A stretch of DNA of 64,000 nt, taken from the NCBI RefSeq assembly GCF_001194135.2, contig NC_069006.1, forward strand, positions 22,594,788 through 22,658,787. The letters run 5' to 3'. The notes under the pieces are model-generated. The model was not told the origin of the DNA and made no database searches. It saw only the letters and a program-made list of their open reading frames with translations. Each line of letters begins with the position of its first letter. Position 1 is the first letter of the stretch. This document shows, one piece after another, positions 1 through 12,700 of this stretch. A program made the translations under genes and the position numbers. The DNA comes from Octopus bimaculoides. Lineage: Eukaryota.

Positions 1-300
1 CGTATATATACATAGTTTAAACACTCTGAAAAGTATTTATAGAAAATTTCATTTAAAAAATACCTATTTTTCTGTAAGTTATGAAATAAATCCAACGCGT
101 GTGAATTTTCCGAACCCCCTCTTGCCACCCACAGAAAAATGTTTGGCGATCTTTCGGTATGTTTTCACGACAAATTACGATATAATCGGAATCTACATCT
201 TCTGAAGCGTATTTGTAGAAAATTTCATTAAAATATATCCATTTTTCTGGAAGTTATAAGGAAACAAAATCGGCCATAAATTCTTTGCTACACAATGAAA
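1..300 (+). repeat. Copy of the same subrepeat family (empty-site homologue of the 22.9-kb insertion)
   Basis: 163-270 aligns to 22908-22925 joined directly to 23593-23670. Confidence 0.55.
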
Positions 301-965
301 AATTTAAAATAAAAAATATATTTACCTGAAAGGAGATATTTTTAGCTGATAACGCAATGAAAATTAATTTGAATGATGTCCTACGACTTCCTTCTTCAGA
401 AATTAAGACTTTGATTCTTTCAAAAGTTAAGTAAATACTTGCATAATTTTATATGAGCTAGAATCCGGATGAGTCAGTCACCTAACGGTATAGTTTCGAC
501 ACGCCCACCGTGTCTTTTTGCCTGTCAGTTTTAGTCTGCTTAACAAAAATATTTTCAAGAATTTATTTTATAATTAATTTTTTTTTTCTAGATACTTATT
601 TCTATTAAATTTTATACTTAATAACTTTTAGATATATTTAAAAAAATTATGTCCGTGCCTGTTGTGTATATATGTTCCGACTAAATATTAGCATCGAAAG
701 TGGTGTCGTGTTACTTGCAATTATGTGAAACATCTGTTGCTACTTTCTTCCTAAGATATAATTAAAGCGATGCAGTAAGAGCATAAGGCGCAGAAGCTAT
801 ACGGTTGCTATGTGATAAACATTACTCATAAATGGCGTTACTTTGAGCATGGGTCGGGAGACAGGTTAATGACAGATGGAGAAGGGCACTTGTCCTTCGT
901 GATTGGGAGGAGGGGAGAATTTAGGTTTTGCAGGGATTCCGCTACTGGCAATAAATGTCGGAACC

Positions 966-1294
966 GGTACTACTAAAGCAGCACGGTCCCGAACGCGCTA
1001 GCTAGTTGTGAGTGGTCGATCCTAACCCTAACCCTAAACACGTATTCATTTGCACACGCGGGTTAGGGTTAGGGTTAGAGACAGAGTTAGGGTTAGGGTT
1101 AGAGACAGGGTTAGGGTTAGGGATAGGGTTAGGGTTAGGGTTAGAGACAGGGTTAGGGTTAGGGTTAGAGACAGGGATAGGGTTAGAGACAGGGTTAGGG
1201 TTAGGGATAGGGTTAGGGTTAGGATCGACCACTCAAGACTAGCTAGCGCGGACGCGCGACTGCGCTTTCGGGACCGTGCTGCTTTAATAGTACC
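966..1294. mobile_element. MITE with telomeric (TTAGGG/CCCTAA) repeats and 9-bp TSD
   Basis: TIRs begin GGTACTA(C/T)TAAAGCAGCACGGTCCCGAA and continue to GTGGTCGATCCTAACCCTAA. Flanking direct repeats are GTCGGAACC (957-965) and GTCGAAACC (1295-1303). Inside are a CCCTAA array at 1021-1037 and a TTAGGG/variant array at 1061-1223. Confidence 0.85.
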
Positions 1295-1457
1295 GTCGAA
1301 ACCTTTTGTTATAATGTTGTTAGTTTTTCTTTGTGTGTGTGTGGTCGGCTGGTAGTGAATAGGGGTATATTTTTTTTATGTAAGCTCCTCTTTTCTTGGA
1401 ACGTTTTGTAGGTTAATTTGCTATTAGTTTACATGTATTGCCGCCCATGTGCTTCCT

Positions 1458-1691
1458 GGCAATCCTTCGATATAACTCGACAAAACCAAAACAAACACTC
1501 GACTGTTTCCGTGACGACTTGACAATTCACTTCGGATGTCTTCGTGACAATTACTGAAAAGAAAGATAAAGGGTTGTGTGTGCGTGGTGCGTGCTTAGCT
1601 GTCACGGAGATATCCGAAGTGAATTGTCGAGTTGTCACGGAAACAGTCGAGTATTTTGGGTTTTTTTGTCGAGTTATATCAAAGGAACGCC
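1458..1691. mobile_element. MITE-like palindromic element
   Basis: About 90-bp imperfect inverted arms (GGCAATCCTTCGATATAACTCGACA / TGTCGAGTTATATCAAAGGAACGCC). No clear TSD. Confidence 0.65.
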
Positions 1692-4600
1692 GAATAACTA
1701 ATTCGTTTTCAAGTCTATATTTGTACGCTTCCGGCTTCGTTTTTCTTTCATTTTCGATCCTGCATTTATATATCCACGAAGCAGAAAAAAAATCATACAA
1801 ATTCCTTTAAAGATGAAAATATTTAATGAAAGAAAGCAAATTTATATTTGCAATGAAATTGGTAAATTTTTACCAGAGGTAAGAAATTTTGCGAAGTAAT
1901 ACAACACTATGATGGTTTCGATTTATTGCAATGGCAACATAAAATAAACATATCATCTGCTGGATGCTATGTCGAGACTGGGTTACTCGAGCTAAATCTA
2001 CAAAAAATTCCAGTCTTTAAAGATTCCTGACTTTTTGTTTTTTCAATATTATTCTCTTCAAAGATATGGTTGGGATTTTTGTAACATGTAAAACTACATG
2101 TTAAAAATGGAAGAGGTGTGTCACACAAAAAAAAAAAAAGATCTCCCCATCTGCACCCCTTGAAATTGGAGAAAAGTTTGGAGCATTTGGAGTTTGAAAT
2201 TTGTTTTGTAATTTTAGTCGAACAGGTCCACTTCACTGCCAAGAAAGGGCACGATATTATAAACCTTTTTGAAATCAACTTACAATATGGAAATTGAAAG
2301 ATGCTGGTTATTGCATGTATATACATGTGTGTCTGCGTTTTTGTGTCCGAGTTTATCCCCCACCACTGCTTCACAGCTGGTGTTGGCATGTCTATTGTCA
2401 CCATAATTTAGTGGTTTGGCAAAAAAATGACTGATAGAATAAGTACCAGGTTTTAAAAAAATAAGTACTGTTCACTGGACTGAAAAGAGAAAAATCTTTA
2501 AAAAGTGACCCAGCATGGCCAGTCTACTGACTGAAATAAATTTTTTTAAATTTATTTTTTAACATAAAAATGAATGAAGATAATTACATCATTATTGAAT
2601 ACTTTGATTCTCTAATGGTTAGTCCATATTACTCTTTAAGGAACGAAGGACTGGTTTCCTGGTTTCTCTGACATGTATACCCTTTCCTGGGTGGGATACC
2701 AGTCTGTCATAGAAATACTCATTTTTTTTACCAGCTGAGTGGATTGGAATCCAAACCACAATTTATGATCAGGAGTTCAACACCCGAATACTCGTTTTTA
2801 CCAGCCCAGTGGACTACAGTTATGTGAAATGAAGTGTTTTGCTCAAGAATACAACACACTGCTTGATGGAGAGCACTGCTGAGCCTGGTCGACTTTATGC
2901 ATGATGACCCCAGCCCCATGAAGCTAAGCCAAGTCATGTATTTACTGTAATGTATTGCAAGAAACAGCAAAGTTTCCTTTTTCTAACATTTTACACAGTT
3001 CAAACTACATAAGTGAATGTGTGATGAACAAAATAAGAATTTTGAAAGAACTTTCGTTTTTGGATTTGGTTTGCAAGATTTTTTATGTGATTTCGTGTGT
3101 TGAAGCATATTCTGTTGTGTCTGGGGAGAGTCATTTTCTTATTGTGCCTTAAAATTTATTGAAAAGGTTGCAAGACGCAACGAAAATTTTAGGAAAATAA
3201 AAATAAGAAATAAGTGGAAATTTTACCGGTGAGTGTGTTAAATTTTAAGGCACAATAAGAAAATGACTCTCCTCAGACACAACAGAAAAAGTTTTAAACA
3301 TTGAATGGTTATAGGAGGCCACTAAAATAAAATAGTAATCAAAGGAGTCCACAGATAGAAAATGGTTAAGAATCCTTGACTTAGACGCGCAACTATGGAT
3401 GTTGGTTTGATCTCTCAAGTTCAATGCCATTACAGAAGTTAGTCAAGAACGTAAATGTGGAATAACAAGGCGTATTATCTCCCTTCGTTCGTTCCCCAGT
3501 ATTGCCAAAAAATCCTTTACTTCCACCTTGATTTGCAACATCTGAAGATGACAGAAACTCAGGATGAGGACGTTTGTATAAAATATTTGTTTCTTCTAAC
3601 GATAGTGTCCATACGCACAGATACATTTATATGTACATGTTAAATGATGATGATGATATAAATATGTGTGCGTGTGTGCCTGTTTATGTATGTGTGTGCG
3701 TGTACTTCCTCTTTTCCTCTCGTTGCTCACCTATTCTTCTACTTCCTCCCTCTACCACTCTCTCTCTCTTCCCCTTACACCGGCATGGTCACATGCTTCC
3801 GGTCAATAATCCTTTTCTTCCTTGGCTATCGCCGAGCAAACACGCGAACTTACTTCATCCCCACTTTCAAGTTCGTGCCTCACAGCGTTCATACACATAA
3901 TTTTTCCCGTCTGGCCATATAGCCTTTTCTGTTTGTTTTTTGTCCGCCACTACATTCCTCCATGGCAAGGTTTAATATGTGTATACAAATTTAATTTGCG
4001 GTCCATGGGAAGAGCCGTTTTAGCGATGCGTCCTGCCCAGCTCTTCGAANNNNNNNNNNNNNNNNNNNNNNNNNNNNNNNNNNNNNNNNNNNNNNNNNNN
4101 NNNNNNNNNNNNNNNNNNNNNNNNNNNNNNNNNNNNNNNNNNNNNNNNNNNNNNNNNNNNNNNNNNNNNNNNNNNNNNNNNNNNNNNNNNNNNNNNNNNN
4201 NNNNNNNNNNNNNNNNNNNNNNNNNNNNNNNNNNNNNNNNNNNNNNNNNNNNNNNNNNNNNNNNNNNNNNNNNNNNNNNNNNNNNNNNNNNNNNNNNNNN
4301 NNNNNNNNNNNNNNNNNNNNNNNNNNNNNNNNNNNNNNTATATATATATATATATATATGAGCCGTAAAGTGGATTTGGCGAATATACACACACACAAAT
4401 ATGTATGTAGATATGTGTGTGTGTGTGTATAATTTTTATTAAAGCCAGAAAAATCTTCACTAACTGTACCTGAGAGCCTGATGAGTGGTAACATGAAACT
4501 GAAGATTATTTCACCTTTAATAAAATCCATATTAGTCTACCTTTGGTATTCAAGTACTATTTTTTCCCACTTTGTTTTGCATTTATGTACTTACTCTGTA

Positions 4601-5019
4601 CATAAATGAATATATACATACATTCTTATGTACAGAAAACAAAAGGCAAAGACAGGTAAGGCAACAAGCAGGTGTGTTAGTTTGATGCTTGGGAAGAATG
4701 GAAAAGTCTTGTTGCTTGTTGTTCCCCTACCTGTCTTTGTCTTTCGTTTTCTGTACATAAGAACCATATATAATATATGGTCACATGGTCACCCCGATTT
4801 GATCCCGCCTGACTGAACTTCCCCCTCTCTTGGACCCTCATCTCTCCTACCTTCTTCTCAGACCTTTGGTACCCTCCTTATCCACCTTCCCATCACTCCA
4901 CTTTGGTTACCACTGGAACTTTACACTTATTGGATTCTACCGTCATGGATCTCACTGTACGCTGTCGTTCATTTATGCATACATATACGTGTGTGTGTGT
5001 GTGAATAATATACACATCA

Positions 5020-5382
5020 TTGTTGGCACTCCGTCGCTTACGACGTCAAGGGTTCCAGTTGATCCGATCAACGGAACAGCCTGCTCGTGAAATTAATGTG
5101 CAAGTGGCTGAGCACTCCACAGACGCGTGTACCCTTAACGTAGTTCTCAGGGATATTCAGCGTGACACAGAATGTGACAAGGCTGACCCTTTTGCATTAC
5201 AGGCACAACAGAAACAGGGAGTAAGAGTGAGAGAACGTTGTGGTGAAAGAGTACAGCAGGGTTCACCACCATCCCCTGCCGGAGCCTCGTGGAGCTTTAG
5301 GTGTTTTCGCTCAATAAACACTCACAATGCCCGGTCTGGGAATTGAAACCGCGATCCTAACCACTGGGCCATTGCACCTCCA
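5020..5382 (-). mobile_element. tRNA-derived SINE family C
   Basis: Near-identical copies at 35805-36145 and 63480-63790 share GTGACAAGGCTG(A/G)CCC...TTACAGG. The tRNA-like head is at the right end on the minus strand; a plus-strand relative lies at 25461-25740. Confidence 0.7.
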
Positions 5383-5861
5383 AGAATATACACATCAGGA
5401 TGATGGTATCTGCTGTTTTGAATGAGGCAAAGAATCAGAAATCAATGAACGAATATTACAGAATGGTATTAGCTGAAGATACAATTCAGAGGTAAGACAT
5501 GTGACACAGTTAATAAGAGAAATAGCAGTTAATGCTTAATAAATTTATGGAGAGAAAGAAGGACAGAAAAAGAAAGAAAAATAAAACATATAAAAATGGA
5601 TACTATTATAATCCTATTGATCTGGTTAAATGTCTTAGTCATGTGAGGTCTTCGGGTTTTCCTTGGTATTTGCTTAAAAATGTCCTTTAAGTCCTTAAAA
5701 TGATGCATCTGTTAGCAGTACGGAATATAGTGGCATACCGTTTCTCACATTTAATCTTTAAACCATAAACAAAGTTTTGTACATGGAATAACATTTCTCA
5801 TCAGATTTATTGCCTTACCAAAATTCATTTCTTAGGTGGTGATGCATCTGTATGTTTGTGT

Positions 5862-5895
<34 letters not shown>

Positions 5896-5904
5896 TATTT
5901 CTTT

Positions 5905-5942
<38 letters not shown>

Positions 5943-6229
5943 TTGACATTCTTCACCTGAACCTTTCAAGTAGGGATCTAAATACACTGACCACTCACAT
6001 TCCCGTTCTGCAACAACAGTGACAGAAAATACGATCAGTATAGATGCACTGTAGCAGTAAGTTCACAAATGAAACAAACAAACTCATTGCCTGCAACACC
6101 ACCGCCACCGTCACCACCGCCACCAACAGCAATTTACATTGGTTAGAAAAGCCTACGAACAAACAGGCTTTCAATATGCTGTCGGGTGGAACATACTTCA
6201 AATCCCAATCTGGTTTCCTTTGCACCAAG

Positions 6230-6700
6230 TTATTTTTTACCACCACGCCGTCGAGCTTTGTTATTAGATCTCATTTTCGGGGCTGTACTTCCTGAACCGA
6301 CATTGAACATTGCAGTTGTTTGACCTGACAAAGAAAAATTTTTTTTTTAAATATATAAATAAAACCATAAAGTCCATTATTTATGCAAGTTTATATTTGG
6401 TACAATTGATGTAAGTAAATTAAAATCACTTTTCTTCTTCAAAACACTCAATAAATATGAAAGGATAATGGAACCAACATAAATTGGCTGATGCTGGATT
6501 AAATTTTGAAGACAAACAGGGAATCTTGCAGGGAATTAAAATTAGCTTTCAATAGTTGCAATCTTCCAAAATATGCTTTTCACTTTCCACTGGCATGAGT
6601 GTCAATCAGGCGGTACTGTCATGGGCCATGTCAGCGATTTTGGTTTGTTTACAATTGCCTTAACAGGTCTTCGCAAGCAAAGTTCATTGTCCAATGAATG

Positions 6701-6744
<44 letters not shown>

Positions 6745-9700
6745 AGCTTTGGAGGTGATGTACAGGAATTATATATTAGAAAAAATAATAATCAGATGTC
6801 TGGATGGTTGTACATTTACAGATTTTTTATTGATATGTCACATGTTTTATAAATTAGCGCTTTCACGTAGTCTTTGTAGGGTTATCAAATTTTGATTTCA
6901 CCTTGAGAGGATGTTTCTTTTTATAGTATTATAGTATTTTATAGTATTCTAAGAATAAACAATCACATCATCAAAATCTCAACGCTACAAGACAATACAC
7001 AATTAATTCAAAACAATGGGAATAAATAAGAATTACACTGGACAGAGTAATCTGGATGCTAAAGAGTTAAGCAACATCTACTTACCAAAATTAAACTGTG
7101 AAGTCCCTGCCATGGAAGCGCTGAAGTCATAACCTTGGCTAGTACCAGACTGGGTGCTTGGAGTCTTACCAAAAGTGAATATCTTTGTATTTTGGGCATT
7201 AGCTCCATCGGCTGGTTTTGTTGTGGCAGTTGCTGTAGCAACTGGCCCACCGAATATGGCCGGGTTACCACCTGACTGAGCATTGGGTGTTGCTGCAAAC
7301 CCAGGAGTATTGAGTGGTCCAAACAATGGCTTTGCCATGCTTGCAGCGGGTCCAGTGGCAGCAGTGGTGTTAGGCACTTGACCGAAAATAGCTGGGGGTT
7401 TAACGGCAGTCGATTCTGCAGCACCTGGCTGGCCACTGAAGATGCTGGGTTTGCTTTCAAACCCAGATCTAAAAGGAGTTGGTTGATTCCCAAAAGGAAC
7501 TTGACTTCCGCTGTTGGAATTGAGAGCGAAATTAAACTTCTGGTCAGGCTTTTGCTGCTGCTGCTGCTGCTGTTGTTGTTGTTGTCCACTACTGCCAAAG
7601 ATGACAGCTGGTGTTGGAGACTATTTTGGATTAAAAAAATGAAAAAAATTAAAATCACTCAAAAGCATTTCTATAAACAAGGACATCTATATGAAACAAC
7701 AGTTGTCTTCAGATAAGGCACAAGCAGATATAATCAAAGCTTTCATCAGTCAAGGGCCTATAGGAGAACACACTTGCCCATGATGCCACACAGTGGGTCC
7801 GAACCTGGAACTACATGGTTGGGAAACAAACTTCTTAGCACATAGCCACAAGAGCTGCATCGCTTTACATCAAACAGTAAGTTAACCATAGCATAAATTG
7901 AGCACTAGAATGAACTAAATTACTGAGGTCAATATGACTGGCTAAAACCGATAGAAGAAAAAGGGACAACACAGCCTCTTACATACTGTAAAAGAGGAGA
8001 TGGTCACAGCGAAAATGCCTCTGGTCATACAGAAGTTTACTTAATCAGGGATGACTTTGGGTTCCACAATAGCCTAGAGAATGTGCCTTAACCTTTTGGC
8101 ATTTAAACCAATTCATATTTAATCCAAATATTCCACCGGTTTTATGTTCAAACTGGCCAGATCCAGCCTCTCACACCTACCCCAAAATGCCACTTTAAAA
8201 TAAAACAATCAAAACATTCAAATCTCAACGATATGAGATGAAAAACAAGGTCGATAAATAAGCACTAAGAGTAATATGAATGCTAAAAGGTCAATGCTAT
8301 AAAATGCAAAAAAAAAAATATATATATATAAATAAAAAAAAATAAATCAAAGCTCAAAGAGTGAGGGATTATTATTTACAATGGACGGACAGGTGTCCTC
8401 ACCTTGCTTGTTGTTACCACAAAGTTTCAGGATGTACTCTCCAGGTTTCATCAGGTGTTCTGGAGGAATTTTGAACCCAACCCTATAATTGACTAATGGG
8501 GTACTCTGTTTTCATTCCTAAGGTATTCTGATGTTATTTTTTTCCCATGTCCCTGCCTGGGATTGAACTCAGAATCTGAGTAGTAGCCTGCTTTCTCATC
8601 CACTATGTTATATGCCCATTGGCAATTATAGAGTGAATTTTGGGGTTTATAATATGGGAACTAATATTAAGAAAAGATAAAATATTAGGTTTATAAGCCC
8701 AAAAGTTCACTCTAGAATTGCCTACAGATATATAGTGCAGTGCATAAGAGTGCGAGCTACTACTCCAATTCTGAGTTCAATCCCAAGTAGGGACTTGGGA
8801 AAATAATATCAACAGAAAAAAAATAAACATTAGCAAAAAAGAATTAGTCAAAATAAAAGGTTGTGTTCAAAAACCTATCAGAAGACCTGATAAAGGCTGG
8901 AAAGTACATCAGCCAAAATGTGTTAACAACAAGCAAGGTGAGGACAGTTATCCATCCATTGTAAATAAGGTACATAATTCTTCATCTCCAAAAATATAGA
9001 ATAGTGAGAGATTAGTAATTACCTGTGCATTAGCTGAGCCAAATATACTCGAAGGAGGTTTACTTGTGGAATTGATAAGAGCAAAATTAAACCCAGCAGA
9101 TGGGCTGGAAGTATTGGAGCCGAAAACATTTGTGGTGGCTGAAGGAGCAGCAGCTTGGGCCTGGCCTGTCTGAGATGCATCTTTGAAGCTGCCAAATGTG
9201 GAAGGGTTTGAGAATATGGCTGCAGCAGCAGGTTTGGTTGTCGAGGAAAGCGTCTTTGTAGATGCAACCATGCTGGGTGCACCAAACGCAGAGCTTGCGG
9301 TGGCTGTAGGTGTGCTGAAGATGTTCAGTGCTGTAGCTGGTGTAGCAAAGACAGTAGCAGTGCTGACGATGCTAGAGCCACCAAAGATTGGTGATGCTGC
9401 AGCCGTTTGAGGTACTTTAAAGATAGAATTTGAAGATGGTGCTGCTGCAGCAGTTGTCGCTGTAGTGTTGGTTGCTGCTGGTGTTGCTGTGGTGGTGCTT
9501 GAAGACCCAAAGATGGAGGACACGGTAGAAGAAGGAACTCTGAAAACAGGTGCAGGTAAGGAGGTGGAAGCCCCAAAGATAGATGATGTAGATGTACCTA
9601 GACCAGATGAAGTAGCAGTTGAAGGAGAGCCAAAAATAGGGGCAGCTGCAGAAGGGGAAGCACCAAATACTTGTGAAGTTTTGGTTGTAGAAGTACCAAA

Positions 9701-12700
9701 GATAGGTGCAGAGGTAGTAGATGATCCAAAGACAGGAGCAGTGGTAGAAGAAACAGCTCCAAAAACAGGGGCAGTGGTAGAAGTGGAAGATCCAAAGATA
9801 GAAGGTGCGGCAGATGTGGAAGCTCCAAAGACAGGAGTAGTCGTAGAAGTGGAGGCTCCAAAGACAGGAGTAGCTGAAGAAGAGGAGGTTCCAAAGACAG
9901 GAGTAGTGGTAGAAGTGGAGGCTCCAAAGACAGGAGTAGTGGTAGAAGTGGAGGCTCCAAAGACAGGAGCAGTAGAAGAAGTGGAGCCTCCAAAGACAGG
10001 AGCAGTGGCAGAAGTCGAGGCTCCAAAGACAGGGGTAGTGGAAGAGGTGGAGGCTCCAAAGACAGGAGCAGCAGTAGAAGTAGAGGCCCCAAAGACAGGA
10101 GCAGCAGTAGAGGTGGAGGCTCCAAAGACAGGAGCAGCGGTAGAAGTGGAAGCTCCAAAGACAGGAGCAGCAGTAGAAGAGGAGGTTCCAAAGGGTAATG
10201 AGAACCCCCCAAAGGCAGCTGTTGTAGTAGTGGCAGTAGTAGTAGTGCTAGTAATGGTGGTAGTATTAGAGGATGCATTAAAGACAAATTTTGCAGGGGT
10301 AGTGTTTGGTGCACCAAATGCAACAGAAGATGCAGCTGCAGTGTTGCTGGTTGGCTCATTCTGGCTGGCTGCAGCATTTCCAAATACAAATAATCCTGAT
10401 GTGTTTGTTGCTGAGGTTGAAATGACATTTGAGCCGGTACTCGGACTAGTGTCTGCTTTAAAAGACGGGAAACTGGCAGGCGATGCATTCGTTGCATCTA
10501 CTTTCTGTGCAGCCGCTGGGGTTGTGGCGGCTGAGCTCACGACAGAAGTACCTGCACCAAAAAGATTTCCAATGGTTGTAGGAAACGCAAAGCCTGCTTT
10601 TGGACTGACAGAAAAACCTGCAGTTGAAGGGGCCGAAGTGGAAGAGGATGGAGACTTCATGGCATCAATAGTAGTGGTGGCTGATGGAGTTGACAATGGA
10701 GAAGAAACTGGGGAGACAGGTGGCACACTCAGAGAGGCACTGGGTGCACTAAATGGGGAGCTGACGTTAGCAGGAAAAGATCCTGTAGGGGCAGCTGTAA
10801 CATTTGGACTGGATGTGATAATAAATTGAAAACCAGAATTCGAACTGGTTCCTGGAAGGCTGGAACTGCTGACAGTTGTACAAGTTGTGCTCGGTTGGGG
10901 AGCAGTTAGAGATACACTAGGCTGTGCTGTTGTTGAACTTGAAGGACTCGTCACTTTTGAGTTGAATGGAAAATTGCTTTTCATCTGGATTTGTGAGGTT
11001 GGTGATGATGACGACGACGGCGATGATGATGATGATGGTGCTGTGAGTTTGGCATCTGTTTTGAAGGATGAAACAAAAGTTTTACATATATTTTAAGAGA
11101 CATTTACATAAAAAATAAAACGAACAACAGAGTTCAATTAGATATAACCTAACAGATATGTGTGTATGGCCTGGGTATGACTTTAACTCTTTATATATTG
11201 ATTAGGAGCTCAATACACAGCATTAATTAAATTAATTAATTGAAACAAAAGCAGTGTATTTCAACAGAAGGAAGGTAACAAATTAGTTAATTCCCTAATA
11301 GGAAATTTGTCAAATGTGCCAGTACCACATGACTGGGCTTCGTGCGGGTGACACGTAAAAGCACCCACTACACTCTCTGAGTGGTTGGCGTTAGGAAGGG
11401 CATCCAGCTGTAGAAACTCTGCCAAATCAGATTGGAGCCTGGTGTTGCCATCCGGTTTCACCAGTCCTCAGTCAAATCGTCCAACCCATGCTAGCATGGA
11501 AAGCGGATGTTAAACGATGATGATGATGAATGAAATAACATGAAATATAGAAATACTGACCTGAAGCCTTTGGATAAACTGACGTTGATAATGAAGGTAA
11601 GGGTGTGATCATGGAATTGATTGATGTAGTGTTGGATGTGAGGCGGGTGGGCTGTTCTGATGATGATGGTGATGAAGTGAGAGTTGTAGTAGTTGCTATG
11701 GACTTAGGCGACAACGATGCTGTTACAGACCAGGCTGTTGTAGTGGTTGTTGTTGTTGTTGCTGCTGGTGCAGCTGATGAGAGAAGGGATGATGGAGAAG
11801 ACAGAGACAAAGAGCCAGAAGTGGTTGCAGTTGTTTGACTGGCATCTGTTGAGGATTTGCTGGTAGAAGTTTCCAGAGATTTTGTAGAAGAAATTAAGTT
11901 TTTAGAGATCTCAATGCCTACAAAAAAAAGAAGAAAAAAACAGAAATTTACTGAGGAAGATGCTTTGTACACATTTTCAGTTCGGTTTTAGGTGAAGGAC
12001 CCTTCATCCTGCAAGTACTATCATAAAATGGATCCTGCCCCACCACCAATTGACCAACCAATCAGAAGTGCCTGCAAGCCTCCATTCCTCCCGCTTCTAG
12101 AGATCTTTTTCAAAGGTGATGGGCACTACCCTCTCTCTTATGGCTGAGTAACCAAAAAAGAGACAACAAACAACAAAACAAAATCTCTTCAACGAGATTT
12201 GAGTTTCAATGCAATTTTGCTAAGAGGAAATGGTTTCAAGAAAACAATGCAAACCCTCACCTGTCTTTGCAATCATGAGGTCTTTGTCTGTATTTGAAGC
12301 CTTGTCATTGGCAATACTATCCAGCATCTTTTCAACCCTCTCCTGTTCAGCTTTGCGGTCGTTCTCATAATCTTGCTTGGTTGCGTAAACATTAGCATAT
12401 GATAGCTATGAAATATTCAAATGTTATATGTATGAGTATATATATATAAGCATGTAGTTTTTGCTTATTGTGTGCTATAAAAACATAAAAGTGTTCAATA
12501 AACTTTATACTGCAACAGATATTGTGTACACACACACACACACACACGTAGCCCAACAAATGTCCAGTTTTACTGTGTCCATGTCCAGTTTTACTGTGTG
12601 AAATCTTATCTGAAATAACACTTACTGACCAAAGACAAAAATTTTGTTACACAGTGTAATCATTTTACAAGGAGACACACGCTTCCAAATTTGCCAATCT

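Noticed and set aside
1021-1223. TTAGGG array as a real telomere or chromosome-fusion scar
   Set aside because: The orientation is CCCTAA then TTAGGG (a fusion would be the reverse), and the array is bounded by TIRs and a TSD.
1874-1997. Possible 124-bp minus-strand exon (AG...GT, one open frame)
   Set aside because: No recognisable homology and no consistent partner exons could be established.
3245-3541. ~100-codon minus-strand frame with one in-frame TGA (possible selenoprotein or pseudogene)
   Set aside because: There is no recognisable domain or SECIS, and the end of the frame is the inverted-repeat arm.
9465-10829. 454-aa antisense ORF (EVEAPKTG repeats) opposite POM121 exon 9
   Set aside because: In this offset frame a stop requires a Tyr, His or Gln codon on the sense strand. 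The S/T/A/P/F/G repeat lacks them, so openness is a by-product of composition.
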